Positions 9,739 to 18,156 of a stretch of 45,804 nucleotides of DNA are shown in pieces. The stretch is from Candidatus Sulfotelmatobacter sp. GTDB lineage: Bacteria; Acidobacteriota; Terriglobia; Terriglobales; Acidobacteriaceae. Both the position numbers and the translations under genes were made by a program. The stretch covers positions 1 to 45,804 of the forward strand of contig JBAPQU010000326.1 in the NCBI GenBank assembly GCA_049280795.1. The letters run 5' to 3'. Under the pieces are notes generated by a model. The model did no database searches, was not told the DNA's origin, and saw nothing but the letters and a program-made list of their open reading frames with translations. Every line of letters begins with the position of its first letter. The first letter of the stretch is position 1.

Positions 9739-9750
9739 TGAAACGTTTCA
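9739..9750. promoter_or_regulatory. Candidate LacI-family (RbsR-like) operator, perfect palindrome TGAAACGTTTCA
   Basis: A perfect 12-bp palindrome with a central CG. It sits in the 194-nt gap between the ribokinase stop and the nucleoside hydrolase start, about 60 nt upstream of ATG 9677. It matches the generic LacI/PurR-family operator shape. Confidence 0.55.
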
Positions 9751-9871
9751 TTTGATCAACACGCGATTTTTATACTCGCCGATCGATTCAGTTGTCAAGA
9801 GCATCTCCCGGCGTGATCTGCAAACGGAAGAGCGTTCCAACCCGAATCCAAGTTCGAGATTTTCTGCCGCC

Positions 9872-10831
9872 CTATGGATGACGGCTGGGAAGCGGATCGC
9901 GGAGACCTTGAACCGTCCACTCAGCTTCGAACCGCCGCCGATCGTAGAAAGATTTTTGCGTTCCAACACTCGTGGTCGAAAGCGCCGCGTACAGATTGGC
10001 GCGTCGCACGGCTTCCTGTTCCATGGCTCCTTCCGCCAGAAATACTGCGCAACTCCCGATGAAAGCGTCGCCCGCTCCTGTGCTGTCGATACTTGTCACC
10101 GAAAATGCAGGCACATGCTCAATCGAGTCACGGCCGGCAAGAAGAGATCCTTTCGCTCCCAGCGTGATGATCACGCGGCGAATACCGCCAGACAATAAGT
10201 CTTTCGCACACCTCTTCGCGTCATCGACACTCTGCACCGGCATCGAGGTAATCGTCTCCGCCTCCGTCTCATTGGGAACAAAGTAATCGAGATCGGACAG
10301 CGCATCCATGTCGACGGGTTGCGCCGGCGCGGGATTCAGAATGCAGCGGATTCGATGCTTTCGCGCGAACGCGATCGTGTAGTAGACCGTTTCCAGCGGA
10401 ATTTCAAACTGCAGGATGATGCAATCCGCTGTTCTCAACATCTCGGCCGCGGCGTCAACGTCAGCCGGCTTCAGCGTGTCGTTCGCGCCCTTCACCACCA
10501 GGATGCGATTTTGTCCGTTGGGCTCGACGAAGATCGGGGCAACTCCGGTTGAGACTCCCTCGACCTGCTTCACATAAGTTGTATCGATGCCAAGTTTCTT
10601 GAAGTTTTCAATCGCCGCCGGACCGAACAAGTCGCTTCCCACTCGTGCGACCATGAATACCTCGGCTCCGCAAAGATGTGCGGCGACCGCTTGGTTCGCG
10701 CCTTTTCCTCCAAATCCCAGATCGAATTTCTGGCCGAAACAGGTTTCGCCGGGCTTCGGGAATCTATCCGTGAATGTAGTCAGATCGATGTTCACACTGC
10801 CAACCACCGCAATTCGAGATAGCTTCGCCAT
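9872..10831 (-). CDS. rbsK: Ribokinase (PfkB family)
   Basis: ATG at 10831 gives MAKLSRIAVVGSVNIDL. The motifs are GGKGANQAVAA, NETEAE and the C-terminal signature TGAGDAFIGS. The longer ORF from 10897 adds a non-conserved extension. Confidence 0.9.
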   Translation of the reverse strand: MAKLSRIAVVGSVNIDLTTFTDRFPKPGETCFGQKFDLGFGGKGANQAVAAHLCGAEVFMVARVGSDLFGPAAIENFKKLGIDTTYVKQVEGVSTGVAPIFVEPNGQNRILVVKGANDTLKPADVDAAAEMLRTADCIILQFEIPLETVYYTIAFARKHRIRCILNPAPAQPVDMDALSDLDYFVPNETEAETITSMPVQSVDDAKRCAKDLLSGGIRRVIITLGAKGSLLAGRDSIEHVPAFSVTSIDSTGAGDAFIGSCAVFLAEGAMEQEAVRRANLYAALSTTSVGTQKSFYDRRRFEAEWTVQGLRDPLPSRHP

Positions 10832-10995
10832 AATCGTGTTTAGAAAATCCGTTGACTTCGGGGAGTGTATTGGTAGTTTCTGCTGTGTGTCAATCAAGTC
10901 ATCGCGTGCCTGTGTTTGGTGCTAATGCTTGTGATGCAGGTAAAAGAGGTATAGAGTTACGAACTTTCCCGACACACAGGGTCGGAAGGAGAACA

Positions 10996-11973
10996 ATGTT
11001 TACGCCATCAAGTCTGGGAATTGCGCTGTTGATGATGATCACGAGCGCTGTTTGTTGGGGTTCGTGGGCCAACACTTACAAGGGAGTCAAGGGCTATCGC
11101 TTTGAGCTATTCTACTGGGATTACGCGGTTGGAATCTTCCTGATCTCAGTCGTTTTAGCTTTCACCATGGGAAGTACCGGTCACGATTCCTCTAGCTTTC
11201 TGAATAATGTCCACTCCTCGGACACCTCGAACATCGTCAACGCTCTCATCGGAGGAGCGCTGTTCAACCTGGCCAACCTCTTGCTCGTGGCCGCAATCGA
11301 CATGGCTGGACTGGCGGTCGCATTTCCCATTTCCATTGGAATCGCGCTCGTGGTGGGGACTGTGCTCAGCTATGCGCTACAGCCAAGAGGCAACGCTTTT
11401 TCTCTGGCGCTCGGCGTCGCCTGCGCGTTTGTCGCCGTAATATTAGACGGGCAGGCCTATGGAAGCCTGCGGTCCTCAGGCCGATCGGTGTCAAAGAAAA
11501 GTGTAATTACATGCGTGGTGTCAGGTATCCTCATGGGCCTTTGGGCTCCTTTCATGACGCACGCAATGACCCGGGGCAATCCGCTGGGACCTTATAGCGC
11601 CGCCGTATTTCTTACTTTAGGAGCGTTGCTCTCCTGTTTTATCTGGAACATCTATTTCATGAAACATCCGCTGGTCGGGGAACCAGTAAGTTTCAGCGGA
11701 CTGTTCAGCGGGCCCGTCTCGGGTCATTTGCTTGGGCTCTTCGGCGGATGCATCTGGGGCGTCGGCACTGTCTTTAATCTAGTAGCTGCAAGCTATACTG
11801 GAGTTGCCATTTCCTACGCCATCGGCCAATCCGCACCCATGGTTGCGGCCCTGTGGGGGATTCTTGTCTGGAAGGAATTCGCCAACTCAGGACCGCGGGC
11901 CAAAGCGTATCTTCTCCTGATGTTTGTTTTCTATGGCCTGGCAATTTTCTTAGTGGCCCGCGCCAACGGTTAA
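10996..11973 (+). CDS. DMT-superfamily (GRP/RbsU-like) sugar permease, ~10 TM
   Basis: ATG at 10996 is preceded by GGAAGGAG. The protein is 325 aa and highly hydrophobic, with two similar 5-TM halves (SAVCWGSWANTYK.. and ..GGCIWGVGTVFNLVAA). It is divergent from rbsK. Sugar specificity is inferred from context only. Confidence 0.65.
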   Translation: MFTPSSLGIALLMMITSAVCWGSWANTYKGVKGYRFELFYWDYAVGIFLISVVLAFTMGSTGHDSSSFLNNVHSSDTSNIVNALIGGALFNLANLLLVAAIDMAGLAVAFPISIGIALVVGTVLSYALQPRGNAFSLALGVACAFVAVILDGQAYGSLRSSGRSVSKKSVITCVVSGILMGLWAPFMTHAMTRGNPLGPYSAAVFLTLGALLSCFIWNIYFMKHPLVGEPVSFSGLFSGPVSGHLLGLFGGCIWGVGTVFNLVAASYTGVAISYAIGQSAPMVAALWGILVWKEFANSGPRAKAYLLLMFVFYGLAIFLVARANG

Positions 11974-12066
11974 ATCATTTCATTTTTATTGACGGCATCG
12001 GAGTTTCGAAGTTAGTAAGTTGCCGCGCCTCGAACCAGCGGCGAAATAAATATCTATCGCTCTTGG

Positions 12067-13119
12067 TTATGGCCTTGCTTTGGGAGTGCTCCGCCGTTTT
12101 GCCGGTTGTCGCTTTGACGGAGCCGCAGTGGAAAGGCGGAGATTTAAAGATGTTTCGAGAACGATATGTTTTGCCGGACCTGTATCGCCCTGGATCCGAT
12201 CCAGCAGCAGGCGAGCGGCTGTTGTACCAAGTTGGTATCCCGATTGGGAGACTGAAGAAAGCGCGGGGTCGGTTGTTTCGCCAAGGTCTAGGTCGTCGAA
12301 GCCAATAAGGGATATATCTTTCGGACAGATGAGACCCGCTTCGCGGATTGCCAGCAGCGCTCCCAGGGCAATCATGTCATTCCCCGCAAAAATCGCCGTT
12401 GGCCGCGGAAGCAGCCGGAGCAGCACCAGGGTCTTTGAGTAGCCGCCTCGTTTATCGAAGGTGGTCTCTTGCACATATTCCGGCATGAGATGCAGCTTGG
12501 CCTCTCGCATCGCGCGCTTGAAACCACTAAGGCGCTCCTTCGCATTCGTCAGATGCAACGGGCCGGTGATGGTAGCTAGCTTTTTATGCCCAAGTTGAAG
12601 CAGACATCGGGTTGCGTCGTAGGCTCCTTGTTCGTTATCGGCGGTAACGCTGTCGCCACTCCAGTTTGTTGGAAGCCGGTCCACGCAGACCACACCCGTG
12701 CCCGCTTCGCGGTACCGCTCTGCCTGCATCGTGAGGTCGCTGAAGTTGGAGGGAATCACGATGAGACCCGCCGGCAGGTAAGTGCGCAGCTCATTCAGAT
12801 GTACCAACTCCTTGGAATGGTCGTTATCTGTATTACACAGGATAAGACGATATCCATTGGAGAATGCTACATCTTCCGCGCCGCGAACCACCCCGGGGAA
12901 AAAAGGGTTGGTAACATCCGGGATGATCATCCCAATCATGCTCGTCTTGTCGCGCCGAAGGCCGCGCGCAAGTTGATTGGGCTGATACCGGGCCGCTTGA
13001 ACAGCTTCAAGTACGCGCTTTCGCACCGGCTCACGGACGCTTGCGGAGTTATTAAGCACATGTGACACCGTACCAATCGAAACGCGCGCCATCTTAGCGA
13101 TTTCCTTCATGTTGGCCAT
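12067..13119 (-). CDS. LacI-family transcriptional regulator
   Basis: N-terminal HTH MANMKEIAKMARVSIGTVSHVLNNSASVREPVRKRVLEAVQAARYQPNQLARGLR, followed by a periplasmic-binding-protein-like sugar-binding core (..AIFAGNDMIALGALLAIREAGLICPKDISLIGFDD). Confidence 0.9.
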   Translation of the reverse strand: MANMKEIAKMARVSIGTVSHVLNNSASVREPVRKRVLEAVQAARYQPNQLARGLRRDKTSMIGMIIPDVTNPFFPGVVRGAEDVAFSNGYRLILCNTDNDHSKELVHLNELRTYLPAGLIVIPSNFSDLTMQAERYREAGTGVVCVDRLPTNWSGDSVTADNEQGAYDATRCLLQLGHKKLATITGPLHLTNAKERLSGFKRAMREAKLHLMPEYVQETTFDKRGGYSKTLVLLRLLPRPTAIFAGNDMIALGALLAIREAGLICPKDISLIGFDDLDLGETTDPALSSVSQSGYQLGTTAARLLLDRIQGDTGPAKHIVLETSLNLRLSTAAPSKRQPAKRRSTPKARP

Positions 13120-13197
13120 GGCGTATTCTCCTTGGGTGTCACTCTTTCTCTGGACGAGGAACTATCCTCGCCACTAGCCCATTTAAATTAAAATATC

Positions 13198-13209
13198 TGA
13201 AACCTTTCA
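13198..13209. promoter_or_regulatory. Candidate LacI-family operator (autoregulatory position)
   Basis: TGAAACCTTTCA has inverted arms TGAAA/TTTCA and lies 79 nt upstream of the LacI start. It is one mismatch from the perfect site at 9739. Confidence 0.4.
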
Positions 13210-13685
13210 AAACGCGCCTCAAGTATACATTGCCTCTCTGCATGTTCATTGGGTCCAAACAAAGCTACACCGGCGACCGCGCCGATCTGCGGCACAACTC
13301 CGCACGGGCCGAGTTCGGCGCCGGTCGTTTCAGGCCTGTGTTGCCGACGTGTATGTCAGCCGCTGGTTGGACTCGGTTTGCGCTCCGCCGATGCCCAATT
13401 TTACCTAGCGCCTTGCCCATGAGTCATTTAGTCATTACGGCAATGGCAAGTATCGCCAGTTTCCAGAGTCGTCGCTCTTCAGTTCGCGATCATTGGCGGA
13501 TAGCGGCAGTTGCTCTCGCGATAAACCGAATTATGCAGATCGCTGGACGCGATGGGTCGAACATGGATAGCTGGGGCGCAGCATCTTCGTCGCTGAACAC
13601 GTTCAGCGGCCATTCGCGAACTGTTATCCCTTGAAGATGAGGATCGTGGCAGCAGCCTCCGAAATGGGATTGAAGCTCGCACCAC

Positions 13686-15014
13686 TCAAATTCGGCGCAC
13701 CAGTCCCTGGTTGGTGGCCTGCGTATTGCGGACCAGCAACAACACGAGAAGCATTCCGACGAACGGAACCAGGCCCGCCACAATGACGATCGGATCGAAG
13801 GAATGAGTTCCGGTGGCTCGCCGTGCGTCGGACAAATACCCTATGAACTTGAAGGCTACGATAGTTCCGATTCCGGCACCCGTGCCGCTCAGGCCGCTCA
13901 CCGATGCCACGGACTCATTGTGATAAAGGTCGGACGGCAGCACGTTTGCCATGATTGTGAATCCGGCGTAGGAAAAAGTCGCCAATGCGAAGAGGAACGA
14001 AATCAGATAGAGATTGGTTGTGAAGATGGTAGGGATTAGTAACGTCACTCCGATCCCGCCGTAAATCATCACGGCCTTGCGCGCCGCGCCCACCGACCAT
14101 CCTCGCTTGATCAGGTAGCCCGACACTGCTCCGCCGAAAAAACTGCCTGCATCGGCGGCGACAAATGGTATCCACACGGCGATGAGGCTGGTTTTCAGTT
14201 CAATTCCCTTCGCGACCAGATAGATGGGGAACCACTCGGCAATGAAGAAGAAAACCGGGTCGGTAAAACTTCTTGCGACGATTGTCCCCCAGGTCTGCGG
14301 CAGTTTGAGCAGGTCGCGCCATCGCGGACGAGCTGTGCCCTCCTCCTGTGCATCCGCATCACGCTTGTCGGCCACGATCATGCGGAGTTCGGCTTCGCTG
14401 ATGAAAGGGTGGCTTTCCGGCGGATGATAAAGCCATCGCCAGGCGATCAGCCAGAGGAAGCCGAGGACGCCTGGAACCATGAACGCGGGACGCCATCCCC
14501 AACGTGAGTAGATCGAGTAGGTCAGGTAGGGCGTAATTGCCGCTCCGATGGAGGAACCGCTGTCAAAGAATGCCGTCGCCAGGCCGCGCTCGCGCTTCGG
14601 GAACCATTCCGAGACGGCCTTTGTTGCGGCTGGCCAGTTGGCCGATTCGCCGGCGCCCAGCAGGAAGCGGAAGGAAGCGAGGCTATAAAAACCGCTCGCC
14701 AACGAAGTCAGTATCGAGACGATCGAGTACCCCAGGACGCTCCATGTAAGGCCTCGGCGCGTACCGATTCGATCCATGACCTTGCCAAAAACTGTCTGCC
14801 CAATGGAGTACGCGACGCGGAAAGCGATCGCGAGATTGGCATAGTCGCTATTCGTCCAGTGGTACTGGGATTGAAGATAAGGAGCCAGCCATGACAGCGT
14901 TTGGCGGTCGATGTAGTTGATCACAGTGGACGCAAACAGCAGTCCGCCGATCCACCAGCGTAGGCCGGAGATCGAGTGCGCGCTGCGTGACGGGGACTGT
15001 CCGGCCGTATCCAT
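13686..15014 (-). CDS. exuT: MFS hexuronate transporter (ExuT-like)
   Basis: GLRWWIGGLLFASTVINYIDRQTLS, WPAATKAVSEWFPKRERGLATAFFDSGSSIGAAI and 12-TM organisation align with my recollection of E. coli ExuT. Confidence 0.8.
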   Translation of the reverse strand: MDTAGQSPSRSAHSISGLRWWIGGLLFASTVINYIDRQTLSWLAPYLQSQYHWTNSDYANLAIAFRVAYSIGQTVFGKVMDRIGTRRGLTWSVLGYSIVSILTSLASGFYSLASFRFLLGAGESANWPAATKAVSEWFPKRERGLATAFFDSGSSIGAAITPYLTYSIYSRWGWRPAFMVPGVLGFLWLIAWRWLYHPPESHPFISEAELRMIVADKRDADAQEEGTARPRWRDLLKLPQTWGTIVARSFTDPVFFFIAEWFPIYLVAKGIELKTSLIAVWIPFVAADAGSFFGGAVSGYLIKRGWSVGAARKAVMIYGGIGVTLLIPTIFTTNLYLISFLFALATFSYAGFTIMANVLPSDLYHNESVASVSGLSGTGAGIGTIVAFKFIGYLSDARRATGTHSFDPIVIVAGLVPFVGMLLVLLLVRNTQATNQGLVRRI

Positions 15015-15063
15015 GTGATTTGCTGAATTAATTGTGGGTGAGTTAACTCCGGGGTCTTCGACC

Positions 15064-15279
15064 CTATGCGGAGTTCTGCAATGCCGAACTGAGCAAACTG
15101 GAGGACTCCTTATCGAGATACACGCTGGCGTTGGCGTGCGTGCGCAGGATCGAGGCAGGCGCCATCGGACTGATCTCGCCCTCGAAGCACGTTTTCACGG
15201 CCTGCGCCTTTCGCTGCGAATCGTAGCCGCCGCCTTTTGTGCCGCCGCTGACCCAACGAACTCTTGTCGTTGAAAACTT
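15064..15279 (-). pseudogene. C-terminal remnant of a NagB/6-phosphogluconolactonase-family sugar-phosphate enzyme
   Basis: A 72-codon open frame with no ATG, GTG or TTG near its 5' end. It reads ..[43 protein letters not shown], which matches the family C-terminal signature (K-A-x-A-V...EG.(I/V)....PAS(I/V)L(Q/R).H......D..A). No upstream continuation exists in any frame. Confidence 0.4.
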
Positions 15280-15552
15280 TTAATACCATTCTTGGCTTCT
15301 TTCTCTAGTCACTCGACCGCACCTCGCGGTGAAGATGTTGCGGGATTATACAAGAACTCGAACGGCCACAAGCCGCGCCGACGCGCCTCGAGAACGAAAT
15401 GAGATTGTAAAGGACGGTTAATCTCACACTGTGAAATTCAAGATCTCGCGCTCCTGCTCGCGACCGGACAGATTACACTGACTATTCGGGTGAGTGTGTC
15501 GGCTAAATGCAGGCGCGTGATCCGCTCTCACTTCTGTTAGCACGGGACTGCA

Positions 15553-17202
15553 ATGCAGAATAGCGTTCTGAAGATCGACCCCAAAGACAACGTCTTAATT
15601 GCGCTCACTGATCTGCGCAAGGGTGAGCGCATCGACTTCTCAGGCAACGTCTACATTCTGACGTCGGATATCCCCGCCAAACATAAGTTTGCCACGCAGG
15701 ATCTGTCAGCCGGAGACGAAGTGGTGATGTACGGCGTTCTCGTCGGCAAAGCGAGAGAGCCAATCCAGGCCGGGGAACTCCTGACGACGCGCAATGTACG
15801 ACACGAGGCCTCGCGCTACTCCGAGAGTTCGCGGCGATACGACTGGATTCCTCCCGATGTGTCTCGATGGCGGCAACGAACCTTCCTTGGATACCACCGG
15901 CCTGATGGGCAGGTCGGTACGCGAAACTATTGGTTAGTGGTGCCGCTGGTTTTCTGTGAGAACAGAAATATTGCGGTGCTAAAACAGGCGTTCCAGGAGG
16001 AACTGGGTTTTGCTGAGCCGAACATCTATCGGCAACAAGTAGCGGAACTGGTCAGGCTTTTTGCTGAAGGCAAAACGAAAACCATCGAGACTCACACGCT
16101 GGAGCCGAGATCCTCCTTGCCCACCCGTTCCAAGGTTCTTGGGAATATTGATGGAATCAAGTTTCTGATGCATGAGGGTGGTTGCGGCGGAACGCGTGAA
16201 GATGCCAATAATCTCTGTGGGCTGCTTGCGGGGTACATCCATCATCCCAATGTCGCTGGAGCGACGGTTCTAAGTCTGGGGTGCCAGAATTCACAGGTTG
16301 CCATTCTCCGGGAACAGATCGCCCGGCGTAATCCGCATTTCAGCAAACCCATGTTCGTATTTGAGCAGCAACAGAGCGGCTCCGAATTCAAGATGCTTTC
16401 AGAAGCCATCCAGTCGACTTTCAACGGGCTCATGGAGGCGAACAGAAGTCAGCGTGCCCCAGCCTCTCTCTCTCACTTATGCGTGGGTTTGAAGTGCGGC
16501 GGCTCGGATGGTTTTTCCGGCATATCCGCGAATCCCGTTGTTGGCCGCGTGTCGGATGCGCTGGCGGCCCTTGGGGCGAATAGCATCCTCTCCGAGTTTC
16601 CCGAACTCTGCGGCGTCGAACAGGAATTAGTCGATCGTTGCACCGGGAAGGCCGTCGCCGATCGGTTCATTCAATTGATGAGTGACTATGCCAGCCGGGC
16701 AGAAGCTGTCGGCTCGGGCTTCGATATGAATCCTTCACCCGGAAACATTCGAGATGGATTAGTGACCGACGCCATGAAGTCCGCTGGGGCGGCCCGGAAG
16801 GGAGGATCTTCCCCGGTGACTGCGGTGCTCGATTATCCTGAGTACTCCACCGCGCCAGGACTAAACCTCCAGTGCACACCGGGCAACGACGTGGAGTGTG
16901 TCACCGCGCAGGTGGGCGCAGGCGCCAACCTTGTTCTGTTCACCACCGGGCTGGGGACGCCCACAGGAAATCCCATTGCGCCGGTACTCAAGATTTCGAC
17001 AAATTCGCCACTGGCCCAACGGATGCAAGACATCATTGATATTGACACGGGCGCTGTCATCTCAGGTCAAAGCACGATCGAAGAGATGGGAGACGCACTA
17101 CTGGAGCGGGTAGTCGATGTGGCGAGCGGTCGGGTTCGAACTAAGGCAGAGTTGCTCGGGCAAGACGACTTCATTCCCTGGAAGAGGGGCGTCTCCCTCT
17201 GA
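15553..17202 (+). CDS. uxaA: Altronate dehydratase family enzyme (UxaA/GarD family)
   Basis: N-terminal SAF-like domain (LKIDPKDNVLIALTDLRKGE). Conserved blocks are LKCGGSDGFSGISANPVVGRVSD, NPSPGNIRDGL, GLNLQCTPGNDVECVT and VLFTTGLGTP. The end, DFIPWKRGVSL, parallels the E. coli UxaA terminus. Confidence 0.9.
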   Translation: MQNSVLKIDPKDNVLIALTDLRKGERIDFSGNVYILTSDIPAKHKFATQDLSAGDEVVMYGVLVGKAREPIQAGELLTTRNVRHEASRYSESSRRYDWIPPDVSRWRQRTFLGYHRPDGQVGTRNYWLVVPLVFCENRNIAVLKQAFQEELGFAEPNIYRQQVAELVRLFAEGKTKTIETHTLEPRSSLPTRSKVLGNIDGIKFLMHEGGCGGTREDANNLCGLLAGYIHHPNVAGATVLSLGCQNSQVAILREQIARRNPHFSKPMFVFEQQQSGSEFKMLSEAIQSTFNGLMEANRSQRAPASLSHLCVGLKCGGSDGFSGISANPVVGRVSDALAALGANSILSEFPELCGVEQELVDRCTGKAVADRFIQLMSDYASRAEAVGSGFDMNPSPGNIRDGLVTDAMKSAGAARKGGSSPVTAVLDYPEYSTAPGLNLQCTPGNDVECVTAQVGAGANLVLFTTGLGTPTGNPIAPVLKISTNSPLAQRMQDIIDIDTGAVISGQSTIEEMGDALLERVVDVASGRVRTKAELLGQDDFIPWKRGVSL

Positions 17203-17261
17203 TGAGCGCTGCCTGAGAGTCCATCAGTTGTAGGAGCGAACACGCAGCACGCAAGGAAAAA

Positions 17262-18038
17262 ATGAGCCACCCTCTCTTAGACCTTACCCACAAAACGGCG
17301 GTCGTGATCGGCGGTACCAGCGGCATTGGACTGACATTGGCCCGCGGGCTGGCCCAGGCTGGCGCAAATGTGATTCCGACCGGACGACGCTCAGAACTCG
17401 TCGAGGCGGCCAGCCACGAGATTGAGTCGCTAGGCCGAGAGTCGCTGCCGATCACCTGCGATGTGAACAGCAAAGAAAGTCTAAAGGCACTGCTTGATGC
17501 CGCTTGCCGCATGTTCGGCAGCGTGCAGATCCTCGTAAACTGCGCCGGCCAAACGAAACGGACTCCCACTCTAGACTTAGGCGAGTCGGAATGGAACGCG
17601 ATATTGGAAACGAACCTGACCGGCACATTGCGCGCCATGCAAATCTTCGGCCGGCACATGATCGAGCAACGGTACGGTCGCATCATCAATATAGGTTCGC
17701 TTTCCTGCTTTCTCGGTCTCTACGAGGTTGCGGCGTACGGAGCCAGCAAGGCAGGCGTGCTGTCTCTTACTAAATCGCTGGCCGTCGAATGGGCACGATA
17801 CGGAATATGCGTCAACGCCCTGGTGCCAGGCGTATTTCGTACGGCCATGAATGCGTCGTTGCTCGATGGCACAGCTCGTGGGCAGGAGTTCTTGCTTCGT
17901 ACGCCAATGGCCCGCTTCGGTCAACTCGAGGAACTCGTGGGGGCTGCGGTATTTCTTGCTTCTGATGCCGCCAGTTTTGTCACGGGACAGGCGCTCGTGG
18001 TCGACGGCGGATTTCTTGCCAGCGGGGTCAATCAATGA
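17262..18038 (+). CDS. Short-chain dehydrogenase/reductase (classical SDR)
   Basis: Cofactor motif VIGGTSGIGLTLA, NCAG, and the catalytic motif YGASKAG with PG downstream. It lies 59 nt downstream of uxaA. Confidence 0.9.
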   Translation: MSHPLLDLTHKTAVVIGGTSGIGLTLARGLAQAGANVIPTGRRSELVEAASHEIESLGRESLPITCDVNSKESLKALLDAACRMFGSVQILVNCAGQTKRTPTLDLGESEWNAILETNLTGTLRAMQIFGRHMIEQRYGRIINIGSLSCFLGLYEVAAYGASKAGVLSLTKSLAVEWARYGICVNALVPGVFRTAMNASLLDGTARGQEFLLRTPMARFGQLEELVGAAVFLASDAASFVTGQALVVDGGFLASGVNQ

Positions 18039-18156
18039 TCTGCTTCGTCTGGCGCTCGTCAGTGAGAGTGAAAGTCTGATATATCGATCGCGGAAAACGC
18101 GCATTTTCGATGGCGTAATCGCTTGCGTCCTCGTTCTCATCGCAGCCCAGATACTT

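Noticed and set aside
15034-15273. A 79-aa plus-strand ORF between exuT1 and uxaA.
   Set aside because: It is antisense to the NagB-like remnant. The text is Gly/Arg/Ala-rich, with no RBS or motif.
15432-15440. TGAAATTCA upstream of uxaA, considered as a fourth LacI-type site.
   Set aside because: The spacing is wrong (N1 instead of N4), and the pattern is too short to be meaningful.
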